64,000 nucleotides of DNA from an uncultured Holophagales bacterium (GTDB lineage: Bacteria; Acidobacteriota; Thermoanaerobaculia; Multivoradales; UBA5704): NCBI GenBank assembly GCA_963842525.1, contig CAWJGT010000034.1, positions 544,001 through 608,000 of the forward strand, read 5' to 3'. The notes under the pieces were generated by a model. The model ran no database searches. It worked only from the letters and a program-made list of their open reading frames with translations, and had not been told where the DNA came from. Made by a program: the position numbers and the translations under genes. Positions 30,022 to 39,904 of this stretch are shown one piece after another; position 1 is the stretch's first letter; each line of letters begins with the position of its first letter.

Positions 30022-32034
30022 TCAATTCAAGCCTGGGCGGGGCCGGCCCAGGAGATGGTGCTCGAGCCAGTCGAGCTCGGTCAGGAGCTTGGTCCGCTTG
30101 TGCGAGGGCTTCTGGAAGATGTGACCCTCTCGCGGATAGATCAGCAGCTCGACCGGCACGCCGCGCTGGGTCAGGGACCAATAGATCTCCTGGCCCTGCT
30201 CCGGGCCGTCGAGCTCGCCAAACGTGATCAGTGTCGGCGTCTTCACCTGGCCAGTCCGGCCGCTGGGCGACTCGGTCCAGTACCGGGTCACGTCCTCCCA
30301 CGGGGGCCGGGCCAGGTAATAGCTCTCGGCCCAGAAGGCGCCGCGCGGCGAGCCGGCCACCATGGAGATGTCGTCCCACCGCCCCGCCCCGGTCACGGCA
30401 GCGCGGAACAGGCCGGTCCGGCCGATCAGGCAGTTCGTCAGGGCGCCGCCGCCGCTATAGCCCGACACTCCCATCCGCTCGCGGTCGGCCCAGCCCAGGG
30501 TAACCAGGTGCTCCGCGCCGACGATCACGTCGGCCGAGGGACGCGAGCAGCGATGACCCTCGATCGCCTGCGTAAAGGCATCTCCCCGGCCGGCGCCGCC
30601 CCGGAAGTTGGGAGCGAGCACCAGGAAGCCGCGCGAGGCCAGAAGGCCTGGGTAGGAGACGAAGCTCCCGCCCAGCGAGATGGTCTCCGTGCGAGCGACG
30701 CCGAAGGGGCCGCCGTGCAGGCTGATCACCAGGGGTAGGCCCTTCTCCCTTTTACGGCCCGGCGGCCAGAGAAGGACGCCCTCGACGATATCTCCTTCCC
30801 CGTTGCTCCAGGAGATCGTCTCGATGTCCGGAGCCGGATGACGGTCGAGGACCGCGTTGAAATCGGTCACAGGCCGGGCCGCGGAGATCCGATCCAGCCC
30901 GTCCGCCAGCCAGACTTCTGGAAAACGTCGGTCATAGCGGACGAAGGCGATTTTCCCGCCGTCACGCGAGGCCGTGAGGCGTTCGATGGTCCCATGGTGG
31001 TCAAAGAGGATCTGCACCCGTCCGGTCCCGGGATCGATCCGGTCGATCCGCATCCTGGTCGAGACGAGCGCCGTCACCAGGACCGAGCCGTCGGCGAGGG
31101 GGACGGCTTCGATCACGCTCCCCTCCAGGTCCGGGGCGACGCGCACGAGACGGCCGTCCGGCTCCATTCGATAGAGCCGCCTCTCCGTACTGGTGTACCG
31201 CCCTTCTTTCTGCTCTCCTGAGCCTGTGATCAGAAGGTCGCGGCCGGCCCAGAGGAGCTGATCCTCGGAGGTCCAGTTGCGGGTGCGCACCGGGGAAGCT
31301 CCCGGATGTCCCAGAGACACGATCGAGGCCTCCCACTCCGCCACCGTCCCCACGTAGCTCCCGGCAGCAAAGGCAATCCGGCTCCCGTCCGGAGAGAGAT
31401 GGATGCTCGCGGGATTGGGCTCGATGGACAGGATTGGAGCCTGTACGGCGAAATCGACCCGGGCCAGCCGGTAAAGAGCAGGCCCGCGGGCCGGCGGAGG
31501 GGGCAGGCGGCGGACGTCCCCCAGCAGCTCACGCCTTGCGCGAGAGGCCCGCAGCTCCGATTCGGTGGGAGGAGCCACGGCGGCAAGGATGACCCCGGAG
31601 CTGTCCGGCAGCCAGTCGTGAGAGAGGACGCCCTCCTCGAACCGGGAGGGATCGGTCAGCCGGCGCGGCTCGCCCGCGACCGGATCGAGGGCATGGAGCT
31701 GCGGCGCCTCGTCCCGCGAGGAGGCTGAGAGGAAGGAGAGGAGGCTGCCGTCCGGCGACCATCTCAGCTCCCAGACCGGGGATGGTGCGGAGGTCCGGCG
31801 GACGGGCCGGCCCGGCTCTGGGCCCGCGACATCGACCAGCCAGAGGGCGTGCTCCTCGATGTCCCGGACCGGGTCATCCTGCCGCGTGACGAAGGCAAGC
31901 CGGCGACCGTCGGGAGACAGGGAGACTTCGAGGAAGGCGACCTCGCCCAGATATACGTCGATCGGATATCCCGGCTGGGCCAGGGCCGGAGGAGCGAGCA
32001 GGGAGGCGGCCAGGACCGCGAGGGCGGCTCTCAC
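30022..32034 (-). CDS. Secreted S9 prolyl oligopeptidase-family peptidase
   Basis: SPDG propeller repeats, LHGGP, GYSGG, EGH. Confidence 0.9.
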   Translation of the reverse strand: MRAALAVLAASLLAPPALAQPGYPIDVYLGEVAFLEVSLSPDGRRLAFVTRQDDPVRDIEEHALWLVDVAGPEPGRPVRRTSAPSPVWELRWSPDGSLLSFLSASSRDEAPQLHALDPVAGEPRRLTDPSRFEEGVLSHDWLPDSSGVILAAVAPPTESELRASRARRELLGDVRRLPPPPARGPALYRLARVDFAVQAPILSIEPNPASIHLSPDGSRIAFAAGSYVGTVAEWEASIVSLGHPGASPVRTRNWTSEDQLLWAGRDLLITGSGEQKEGRYTSTERRLYRMEPDGRLVRVAPDLEGSVIEAVPLADGSVLVTALVSTRMRIDRIDPGTGRVQILFDHHGTIERLTASRDGGKIAFVRYDRRFPEVWLADGLDRISAARPVTDFNAVLDRHPAPDIETISWSNGEGDIVEGVLLWPPGRKREKGLPLVISLHGGPFGVARTETISLGGSFVSYPGLLASRGFLVLAPNFRGGAGRGDAFTQAIEGHRCSRPSADVIVGAEHLVTLGWADRERMGVSGYSGGGALTNCLIGRTGLFRAAVTGAGRWDDISMVAGSPRGAFWAESYYLARPPWEDVTRYWTESPSGRTGQVKTPTLITFGELDGPEQGQEIYWSLTQRGVPVELLIYPREGHIFQKPSHKRTKLLTELDWLEHHLLGRPRPGLN

Positions 32035-32047
32035 GGCTCCCCTTCCA

Positions 32048-32563
32048 TCAGTCCTTGACGAACGTGCCCCGCTCCGGGTCCTTGCGCACGCCGGGGAACT
32101 GGAGAGACCGGCCATGGGCCACGCAGTAGATTCCAGGCTGCAGCACTCCGGCGGCGAAGATTGCCTCCGTCAGGTTCTGCAAGGCGTCCGACTGCTTCAT
32201 CTCGAAGGGACGCATCGCGCCGGTGAGCACAATGGGGATGCAAGGGTCCGAGATCTCGGCGACCAGGAGCTCGCCGGTGACGGCGAGGCGGTCGGTGCCA
32301 TGGAGAATCACGATGCCGGCCGTATCGCTCTCGTTGCTCCCTCCGACGGCCTGGACGATCTGGACGATCCGCTCCCGGTCCGCATCGGTCATGTCGAGGC
32401 TGTCCTTGCTCATCAGCTCGAGGACGTTGACATCCGTGTCCTCCAGCCGCAGCTCGGAAAGCATCCGCCGCACGATCGACCGCCGGTTGACGAGGTCGCC
32501 CTTCAGCTCGTCATAGGTCTTCTCGATCGTCCCACCCGTGGTGACGAGGGTAATCTTGCGCAC
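32048..32563 (-). CDS. Asparaginase-domain protein
   Basis: TTGGTIEKTY, HGTD, LTGAMRP. Confidence 0.88.
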   Translation of the reverse strand: MRKITLVTTGGTIEKTYDELKGDLVNRRSIVRRMLSELRLEDTDVNVLELMSKDSLDMTDADRERIVQIVQAVGGSNESDTAGIVILHGTDRLAVTGELLVAEISDPCIPIVLTGAMRPFEMKQSDALQNLTEAIFAAGVLQPGIYCVAHGRSLQFPGVRKDPERGTFVKD

Positions 32564-32611
32564 GAAGGGGACTCTATCGCGGGAGAAGCGAAAAAGGACC
32601 GGCCCTGCGCC

Positions 32612-33256
32612 TCACAAGGACGAGAGGAACTGGACAAAGGGCTTGAAGCATTGCGAGCACTCTTCAGCAAGCGCCTCATACTGTCCGTGGCTGAGGATGA
32701 GCGGAGCATCCACCGTGTCCTTGTACCGCTGGCCGCAGCTCTCGAAGAGAGCTTCAACGACCCGCTTCGGAGGCTGTTCGTGGTCCACGTCCTCGGCCGG
32801 CAGCTTCCAGCTCTTCTTGAGATCGGCAACACCGAGCCGCGCCTTGAGCGCGCTAAAGGAGGCCAGAACGAGGGCTTCCAGATCGTGCTTGAAGCAAAAC
32901 ACCTTGAACCGCTCCTCCAGATGACCCGTGTCCCGGAGGCCCTTCCGCTCCAGGGCTGCACGAAAGCTCCGAAGAATTCCTGCGGCGAGCTCCTCGGGCG
33001 TGGTATGGGGAAAGCCTCGGTTCTTCGGGTAGAGGTCGGGCATGGCGACGACCACCGTCTTCGACTCGCTGCGGAGGATGTTCACCGCCTTCTCCGGGAC
33101 CTTCAAAAGGACGGCTTTCTTCCGGTCTCCAGAAGGCGCATCGAAGAAATGGACTGCAACTCCGCGGTCCAGGAGACGCCGCAACAAGGGGGCGAGGAGC
33201 GCTCCCATCGCCGCCTTGTCCGACGGCCCTTCGACAAACACCTGGACTTTTCTCAC
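32612..33256 (-). CDS. DUF4276 (TOPRIM-like) protein
   Basis: VFVEGPSD...DLYP...HDLEALVLA; overlaps the AAA gene stop. Confidence 0.82.
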   Translation of the reverse strand: MRKVQVFVEGPSDKAAMGALLAPLLRRLLDRGVAVHFFDAPSGDRKKAVLLKVPEKAVNILRSESKTVVVAMPDLYPKNRGFPHTTPEELAAGILRSFRAALERKGLRDTGHLEERFKVFCFKHDLEALVLASFSALKARLGVADLKKSWKLPAEDVDHEQPPKRVVEALFESCGQRYKDTVDAPLILSHGQYEALAEECSQCFKPFVQFLSSL

Positions 33257-34441
33257 GCGAGGCGCTCCAGCTCATCGCTGCGGTGCATGGCCTCGATCTC
33301 TTCGGAGCCAAAGTCCTCCAGGTTGCGCGCCAGCGCTTCGGAGTCCTTGGGCTTGAAGAATTTCGCCTCACCGTCTTCTTTGCGAAGCACGGCAATGCTA
33401 TCAAGGCCGAACTGGAGCAGGAAATAGGAGGCATGGGTGGCAAGAAGGATCTGCGTCCGGTCCGACGCCTTCTCGAAAAGGCCTCCCAGAAGCGGCAGGG
33501 TGCGGGGGTGCACCCCCTGGTCCGGCTCGTCGATGCAGATCAAGGCCGGCGGTTTCGGATGGAGACAGACCACCATCCAGCAGAGCAGACGCAGAATGCC
33601 ATCTGAGAGATCGGCGAGGCTGAGCTCGCTGTTCACACCTTCTTCCTGCCAGAAAGCGAGGACTTGGCCGGGCCCCCCTCGCGCTTTGACAGAAAGTGCC
33701 TTGAAGCCCGGCACGATGGAGCGCAGGTGCTGCTGCAGCTCTTCGAAAACCGGACGGTGTTCCGTGTAGAGGAAGTGAAGGACCGAGGTCAGGTTGCTCG
33801 CATCTTCCTGCAGGACAGGCTCCTGCTCGATCAGCACGGGCTGGCGGATCTTGTCATTCGCGATCTTCAAGGAGCTGTAAAAACGCCAGCTCTCGAGATA
33901 TTCGCGGAGGTCATACAGAGTGCGGAGCTCCGGATTGGTCGCAAGGCTCAGCGCCAGTTGGTTGGCCCGTCTCAGAGTCACCGGATACGAAGTCCCCTCG
34001 CTCTGGCGCAAGCGCCCAGACCCGGCCTTCAAGACAGGCTCGGACAGCGCCCCCGTTCCCTCTTCGACATCAAGATACTTGTAGCGAGTTGGCTCCCCCT
34101 CCCCCAGAGCCCGTTCGTAGGACACGTGCGGCCTGCCCACAGGGCCAGAAACTTGCCCCATGTAGGTGAGCAGTGGCTGAGAGCTACCCCAACCGACGTC
34201 CACGCTCCAGCGGAAGTGATCCGGCCCAGGCTTGTGGAAGATCTGCTGTCCCGCCGACCCTGCCACGATCTCAGGTGGAATCTCTTGCGACGAGCTATCC
34301 CGCAGAAATCTCAGAAACTCGAACAGACTGGACTTGCCAGAGCCGTTCGCTCCCACAAGAACTTCGAGTGAGCTGAGAGGCGCAGTAAACGATCGAAAGG
34401 CCCGGTAGCCCTCGATCTGGATGGAGGCTCAGGCGGAGCAT
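33253..34441 (-). CDS. AAA_21/AbiEii-like ABC ATPase (apparent frameshift just after the start)
   Basis: IEGYRAF, GANGSGKS, LSDG, ICIDEPDQGVHP, ATHA. Confidence 0.88.
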
Positions 34442-34465
34442 AGCGATGTTTCGTCCGGCGAGATC

Positions 34466-35239
34466 TTACCGCGAAACCGGCCCCCGCACCGGCGCCCCCG
34501 GGAACGCCATCCGCAGCTCCTCCGGCGAGACCACCCGCCACCGGCCCGGCTCCAGGCCGCCCAGCTCGAGCCCTCCGAACGAAACCCTCTTGAGACGGGT
34601 GACCTCATGGTCGGCGGCGGCCAGGAGGCGGCGGATCTCCCGGTTCTTTCCCTCGGTCAGCTCGACGACCAGGTGCGTCTCGCGGCCGGAGCGCTTGCGG
34701 ACCGTCAAATTCCGCGCGGCCAGGCGCTCGCCCTTGTCCTCGATTCCTTCCGCCAGGCGCCGGGCGGTCGCGTCGTCCAGCTTGCCGCGGACGGTGACCA
34801 GGTAGACCCTGGACACCGCGTTGGCCGGATCGGTCACCCAGTCGGCGAAGCGGGTGTCGTTGGTCAGGAGGAGGAGCCCGGTGGTGGCCGCGTCGAGCCG
34901 GCCGACCGGGACGACGTGGGCCTCCAGTCCTTCCAGGCAGCCGTAGACGGTAGGTCTTCCCTCCGGGTCCGAACGGGTCGTGACGACGCCTCGCGGTTTG
35001 TGGAGGAGGACGGTCAGCGGCTCCGCCTGTGCGGCTGGGCGGTCGTCGATCTCGACGCAAATGTGCTCCGGCACCACGGGTGCCAGGGGATCGAAAACCA
35101 CGCGCCCGTCAACCGCGACCCGGCCCTCGCGGATCAGGGTCCGCACCTGCGTCCGCGAAGCCAGGCCGAGCTTCGAGAGAGCGCGTTCGAGCGATACCTG
35201 TCCAGGGCCTCGTTGCAAGATCGTCCTCCGCGGCTCCAT
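34466..35239 (-). CDS. RsuA/RluB-family rRNA pseudouridine synthase
   Basis: S4 domain, HKPRG, VGRLDAATTGLLLLTND, EGKNREIRR. Confidence 0.92.
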   Translation of the reverse strand: MEPRRTILQRGPGQVSLERALSKLGLASRTQVRTLIREGRVAVDGRVVFDPLAPVVPEHICVEIDDRPAAQAEPLTVLLHKPRGVVTTRSDPEGRPTVYGCLEGLEAHVVPVGRLDAATTGLLLLTNDTRFADWVTDPANAVSRVYLVTVRGKLDDATARRLAEGIEDKGERLAARNLTVRKRSGRETHLVVELTEGKNREIRRLLAAADHEVTRLKRVSFGGLELGGLEPGRWRVVSPEELRMAFPGAPVRGPVSR

Positions 35240-35277
35240 CCTAGCCGCGGAGGACGAGATCCGGAGACCAGAGCTCC

Positions 35278-35982
35278 TTACGGACAGGTCGCGAACGCCG
35301 CCGTGTCCTGGATCGGCGGGAACGGCCGGTTCAAGGGGTTGATGTAGGGCTTGGAAGTCCCCGTAGACGTGTCGGTCACCGTGAGGTCGACCCGGACGTT
35401 GGTCAGGCCCGCGGCGAAGACCCAGTACCGGCTGTTGAGCGAGCAACCGTTCAGGACCTTGACGATCAGCTCGACGTTGGAGGCGCTGAAGAACGTAAAG
35501 TAGCCCGAATCGTCCGTGAGCTTGACCGCCTGCGCATTGCCGGCCTGCCCGGAGGCAGTCTGGAACGTGGCGCGCACCTGGAAGCGGCCGCCGTTGAGGC
35601 AGATGGTCGTGGCGTTCTGGGTGCAGTTGAAGTCGAAGGTGGTGGCAAAAGCCTCATTGGAGTAGCCGGAGTCGCCGGAGCCATTGCGGGCCTTGATCCT
35701 AAAGAAGTAGGTCACGCCCGGCTCCAGGTTGAACACGGTGGCGGTCGTCGAATTCGCTGGAATCAGCGGAGAGAGCTCCTGGTAAGAGGTCGTGGGGGTC
35801 CGGGCCTCGAGAACGAATGCCGTCTCGTTGTTCGAATTGTCCTGCCAGGTGATCTGGATCTGGTCGTCGGAAATCGTCGTCGCGACGAGGTTCGTGGGCG
35901 CCGAGGGTACCTGGGCCACAGCCGCTGTCCCCATCAAGAGGAACAGGCCAAGTCCGATCATCACGGAAATCTGTCTGCGCAT
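35278..35982 (-). CDS. Secreted FN3-domain protein with conserved C-terminal CLNGGRF...YWVF domain
   Basis: Signal peptide; WQDNSNNETAF...YFFRIKA FN3; ELIVKVLNGC...YWVFAAGLTNV. Confidence 0.85.
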   Translation of the reverse strand: MRRQISVMIGLGLFLLMGTAAVAQVPSAPTNLVATTISDDQIQITWQDNSNNETAFVLEARTPTTSYQELSPLIPANSTTATVFNLEPGVTYFFRIKARNGSGDSGYSNEAFATTFDFNCTQNATTICLNGGRFQVRATFQTASGQAGNAQAVKLTDDSGYFTFFSASNVELIVKVLNGCSLNSRYWVFAAGLTNVRVDLTVTDTSTGTSKPYINPLNRPFPPIQDTAAFATCP

Positions 35983-36062
35983 GGAGCTCTCCTTTTGCCG
36001 AGGGCTGTCGCCCGGGTTCAAGGAGGTGCGCAAGCAATTACCGCGCCTGAAGGCGCGACGAT

Positions 36063-37296
36063 CTACTCGTACCGCAACGCATCGATGGGATCGAGGCTGG
36101 CGGCCCGGGTGGCGGGATAAAGGCCGGAGGTGAGGCCTACAGCCATGGCCACGCCGGTCGAGAGGAGGATGGAGGCGCCGGTGACCACGGTTTCCCAGCC
36201 GGCGTAGAGGGCCACGCCGCGGGCGATGCCGAGGCCGACCGCGATGCCGGCAAGGCCGCCGAGCAGGCTGATGGCAAAGGACTCGACCACGAACTGGAAG
36301 CGGATGTCGCTCCGGCGGGCCCCCACGGCGCGGCGGACGCCGATCTCCCGCGTCCGCTCCAGCACGGTGGCCAGCATGATGTTCATGATGCCGATGCCGC
36401 CCACCAGCAGCGAGATGCCGGCGATGCAGCCCATGACGACGTTGAACAGCCGCTGCGTGCGGCGGCTCTGCGCCAGGAGCGCCTCGGGGACGACCAGCTC
36501 GTAATCCTTGGCGCCCCCGTGCAGCCGGTCGAGGAGGTCGCCGATCAGGGTCGCGGTCTGCGCCGCGTTGGTCCCGTCCTGCAGGCGGACCACGATCTCG
36601 TCGAGCGGCGCGTCGAGCGGCGGATGGTCGAACTTGCGCTCGGCTGTCGTCACCGGGACGTAGACCTCGTTCGCCACCGAGCCGATCGGCACGCCCTGGA
36701 AGCTCGTGCTCTCGCCGGTCGGTTCGAGCACGCCCACCACCTCCAGCCAGACGTCGTTGACTTTGAAGACTTTTCCCAGCGCCGGCTCATAGCCGAAGAG
36801 GTCGCGCCGCACCCCCGAGCCGATCACCGCGACCTGGGCGTGGGTCTTCTCGTCCAGCGGATCGAGGAAGCGCCCCTCCTGGAGCGTCAGATGGGAGAGG
36901 TCGACGTGCTGCCAGCTCACGCCGAGGACCGTGGCCTCGGTCTTCCCCGCCGGCCGAGAGCACTTTGTAGGGCTCGACCTTGACCCGCGGCGCCACCGCC
37001 TCGACACCGGGCACCGCCTCGGAGATGGCGGCCGCGTCGCGGAAGGAGACGCCCAACGACTTCTGGCGGACCTCCTGGAGCTCTTCCTGCTTGATCTCCC
37101 TGTCGCGGACCAGGACGTTGCGCACGCCGAGGCGCTCGATCATGCCCATGGCCTGTTGCTCGGCCCCGGCGCCGATCGACAGCATGGCGATCACCGCGCC
37201 CACGCCGAAGATCATGCCCAGCATGGTCAGGGCCGAGCGCAGCTTGTGCGCGGCAAGGTTGTCGACCGCGGAGCGGAAGGCCTCGCGCGGCGTCAC
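36063..37296 (-). CDS. MacB/FtsX-family ABC permease (apparent frameshift ~36955)
   Basis: LRSALTMLGMIFGVGAV...GGIGIMNIMLATVLERTREIGVRRAVGA...PIDALRYE. Confidence 0.9.
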
Positions 37297-38597
37297 CGGG
37301 CGCCTCCCGGCGCGGACGGCGCAGACGGCGTGGCCTCGGAGCCTTTCTCGTCCTCGTCCCCGGCCTCGGCCCGCGGCCGGGTCGGATCGGTCAGCGCCAG
37401 CAGGTCGCCCGGCGCGATCCCCTTCTCCACCACGACCTTCCCCGCGCCCGAGGAGCCGAGGGTGACCTCGACCGGCTCGAAGCCCTCGCCCTTCTTGCGG
37501 TAGACGACCATCTTGCCCTCGCGCTCGAAGACCGCCTGGCGCGGCACCGCCAGCGCCTCCTTGCGCTCTTCGAGGACGAGGGTGGCCCGCACCCGCTGGC
37601 CCGGCTTCATGACCCCGGGATCGGTGCGCGCGAGCTTCAGGGTGACGGCGAAGTACTGCACCGGGGAACCGCGCAGGCGCGGCTTGGCAAGGGCGTCGAC
37701 GCGCCGGATCTCGGCGGGATAGACCTGGTCCGGGCGCGACTCGAGGACCACGGACGCCGGCTTGCCAGGGGCGAGGCCGCCGGCGTCGGCCTCCAGGACG
37801 AAGACCTCGGCCTCCATCTGCGCGAGGTCGGGGATCTCGGCCAGAGGCTGGCCGTTCCAGACGCTGTCGCCCACCCGCACCGGGTTGCCCCGCCAGTCGC
37901 GCTGGAGGACCAGCACGCCGTCGTAGGGGGCCGTCACCTCCAGGGCCTGCAGGGCCTGCTCGGAGCGGCGGATCCGGATCTCGGCGCGGCGGCGCTCGAT
38001 CGCCAGCAGCTCGAGCTCGGTGGAGCCAAGGCTCTGCTGGGAGCGGCGGCTCTTGCGCGCGTGCTCTTCCTTCTCCCGCGCCAGGGTCTGGTCGATCTCG
38101 GACTCGATGATCTCGTTGCGCGAGAAGACCAGGTCGTCCTTTTTCTGGAACTTCTGCGCGTTGTCCAGCTCCTCGCGGGCCAGGCCGGCCGTACGGTCCA
38201 GCTTCGTCACCTCGGCCTGCGACTGGACCTCCTGCTTGCCGATCTTGAAGCCGGCGCTCTCGCGGTCGTCCCTGGCGTTGGTCAGGTCCTTGACGAGCTC
38301 GGAAGCGTCGAAGCGCGCCACCACGTCCCCGGCTTTCACCACCGAGCCGTCGGGCGCCAGCCAGGCGATCCGGAACGGGCCTGGCGCTCCCATGGGGACG
38401 GCGACCTGGGTCGCGCGGATCGCACGGAGCGTGCCCTGGGCCGGCACCCGTCGCGCGAACGGCTCCTTTTCGACCCGGAAGACCGGCATCGTGGCCGCCC
38501 CGCCGCCGAGCGATCGCGGCAGGAAGGCCGCGAGAAGGAGGACGACCAGGGCGGCTCCGGTCCCGAAGCCGATCCAGGAGAGCTTCCGGCGGCTCAC
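37293..38597 (-). CDS. Periplasmic adaptor (HlyD/MFP) protein 3
   Basis: N-terminal TM, GSVVKAGD, coiled coil, VTAPYDG, MKPG. Confidence 0.88.
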   Translation of the reverse strand: MSRRKLSWIGFGTGAALVVLLLAAFLPRSLGGGAATMPVFRVEKEPFARRVPAQGTLRAIRATQVAVPMGAPGPFRIAWLAPDGSVVKAGDVVARFDASELVKDLTNARDDRESAGFKIGKQEVQSQAEVTKLDRTAGLAREELDNAQKFQKKDDLVFSRNEIIESEIDQTLAREKEEHARKSRRSQQSLGSTELELLAIERRRAEIRIRRSEQALQALEVTAPYDGVLVLQRDWRGNPVRVGDSVWNGQPLAEIPDLAQMEAEVFVLEADAGGLAPGKPASVVLESRPDQVYPAEIRRVDALAKPRLRGSPVQYFAVTLKLARTDPGVMKPGQRVRATLVLEERKEALAVPRQAVFEREGKMVVYRKKGEGFEPVEVTLGSSGAGKVVVEKGIAPGDLLALTDPTRPRAEAGDEDEKGSEATPSAPSAPGGAR

Positions 38598-39904
38598 TTC
38601 CCCTCCTCTTCGCCGGCCCCGAGGTCGCGGCGCGAGACCTTGTCTCCCGCGGAGAGACCCTTCTCGATCTCGACCCAGCGGGCATTGCGGCGGCCGAGCA
38701 CCGGCTCGACCGGCTCGAAGCCCCAGCGCGTCCGGCGGTAGACCACCGGGCCGTCCGGCCGGTTGAACACCGCCGCGGCGGGGACGACGAGCGCCTTGGA
38801 GGCGCGGTCCAGCTCGACGGTGCCGAGGAACCGCATGCCCGGGCGCATGCGCTGCGGGTCGGTGCGGTCGAGCGCGATCTTCAGATCGACCACCTTGACC
38901 GGGTCGTTGGGCGACTTCGTCTGCACCGCGCCGCGGATCGAGAGCACCTGGCCGGTGTAGACCACGTCAGGATGGGCGTCGAGGCGGAGCGTCACCCGCT
39001 GCGCGGGAGCCACGCGGCCCGCGTCGGCCTCGTCCACCTGCCCGTCGGCCATCATCTGGCGCAGGTCGGGGATCTCCAGGATCCGCTCGCCGCGCCAGCA
39101 CGAATCGCCGATCTTCTTCTTCTCCCGGCCGCGCCGCGGATCGGACGAATAGACGACCGTGCCGTCCCGGGGCGCCAGGACGGTCATGAGGCCGATAGAC
39201 TTCTCGGTCTCGCGGACCCGGGCGGCGGCGCCGTCGCGCTTGTTGCGCAGCGTTTCGATCTCCGCCTGCGCCTGTTCGCGCTGCAGCCGGAGGCGCCGTT
39301 CGAGGTATTCGATCTCGCGCCGCGCCAGGGTCAGATCGGCCTGGGATTCCCGGATCTCCTTGGCCGAGACCAGCTCGGGAGGCACCTCGACCTTGAGGGC
39401 GGCCCGGCGCTCGCGGGCCTGCGCCTCGGCCAGGCGCATCTCGTTCTCGGCGCGGCTGATCTCCAAATTGGTCTGCCGCTTCTCCAGCTCCTTCTGCGCG
39501 GAGTCGCGCTCTGCCATCTTCTCGAGGAGGGTGTTCTCGAGCTGCGAGGTGTCGAAGCCGAGGACCGGCTGCCCCTGGTGGATTTCCATCCCCTCGGGGG
39601 CCATGAAGGCGATCTTGAAGTCGAAGACGTCGGTGACCCCCGGCGGGCCGAGCACGGCGGAGTCGACGGCGCTCAGGGTGCCGGTGACCTCGACGCCGAC
39701 GACCAGGTCCTCGCGCTGCACGTCGGCCCAGTCCTCCGGCGCCATCCCCTTGGAGGCTGGATCGGAGCCGCCGCCGGTGAAGGCCCAGAGGCCGAACAGG
39801 GCGGCGAGGAACAGGGCGCCGGCCGCGAAGACCCTCACCCCCCGGCCCCCTCTCCCGAACCGGGAGAGGGGGAGGAAGACTCCATCTCCATTTCGCGCTT
39901 TCAT
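38594..39904 (-). CDS. Periplasmic adaptor (HlyD/MFP) protein 2
   Basis: APEGMEIHQGQ, VLAPRDG, MRPGM; palindromic element in the N-terminal coding region (39831-39873). Confidence 0.88.
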   Translation of the reverse strand: MKARNGDGVFLPLSRFGRGGRGVRVFAAGALFLAALFGLWAFTGGGSDPASKGMAPEDWADVQREDLVVGVEVTGTLSAVDSAVLGPPGVTDVFDFKIAFMAPEGMEIHQGQPVLGFDTSQLENTLLEKMAERDSAQKELEKRQTNLEISRAENEMRLAEAQARERRAALKVEVPPELVSAKEIRESQADLTLARREIEYLERRLRLQREQAQAEIETLRNKRDGAAARVRETEKSIGLMTVLAPRDGTVVYSSDPRRGREKKKIGDSCWRGERILEIPDLRQMMADGQVDEADAGRVAPAQRVTLRLDAHPDVVYTGQVLSIRGAVQTKSPNDPVKVVDLKIALDRTDPQRMRPGMRFLGTVELDRASKALVVPAAAVFNRPDGPVVYRRTRWGFEPVEPVLGRRNARWVEIEKGLSAGDKVSRRDLGAGEEEGK

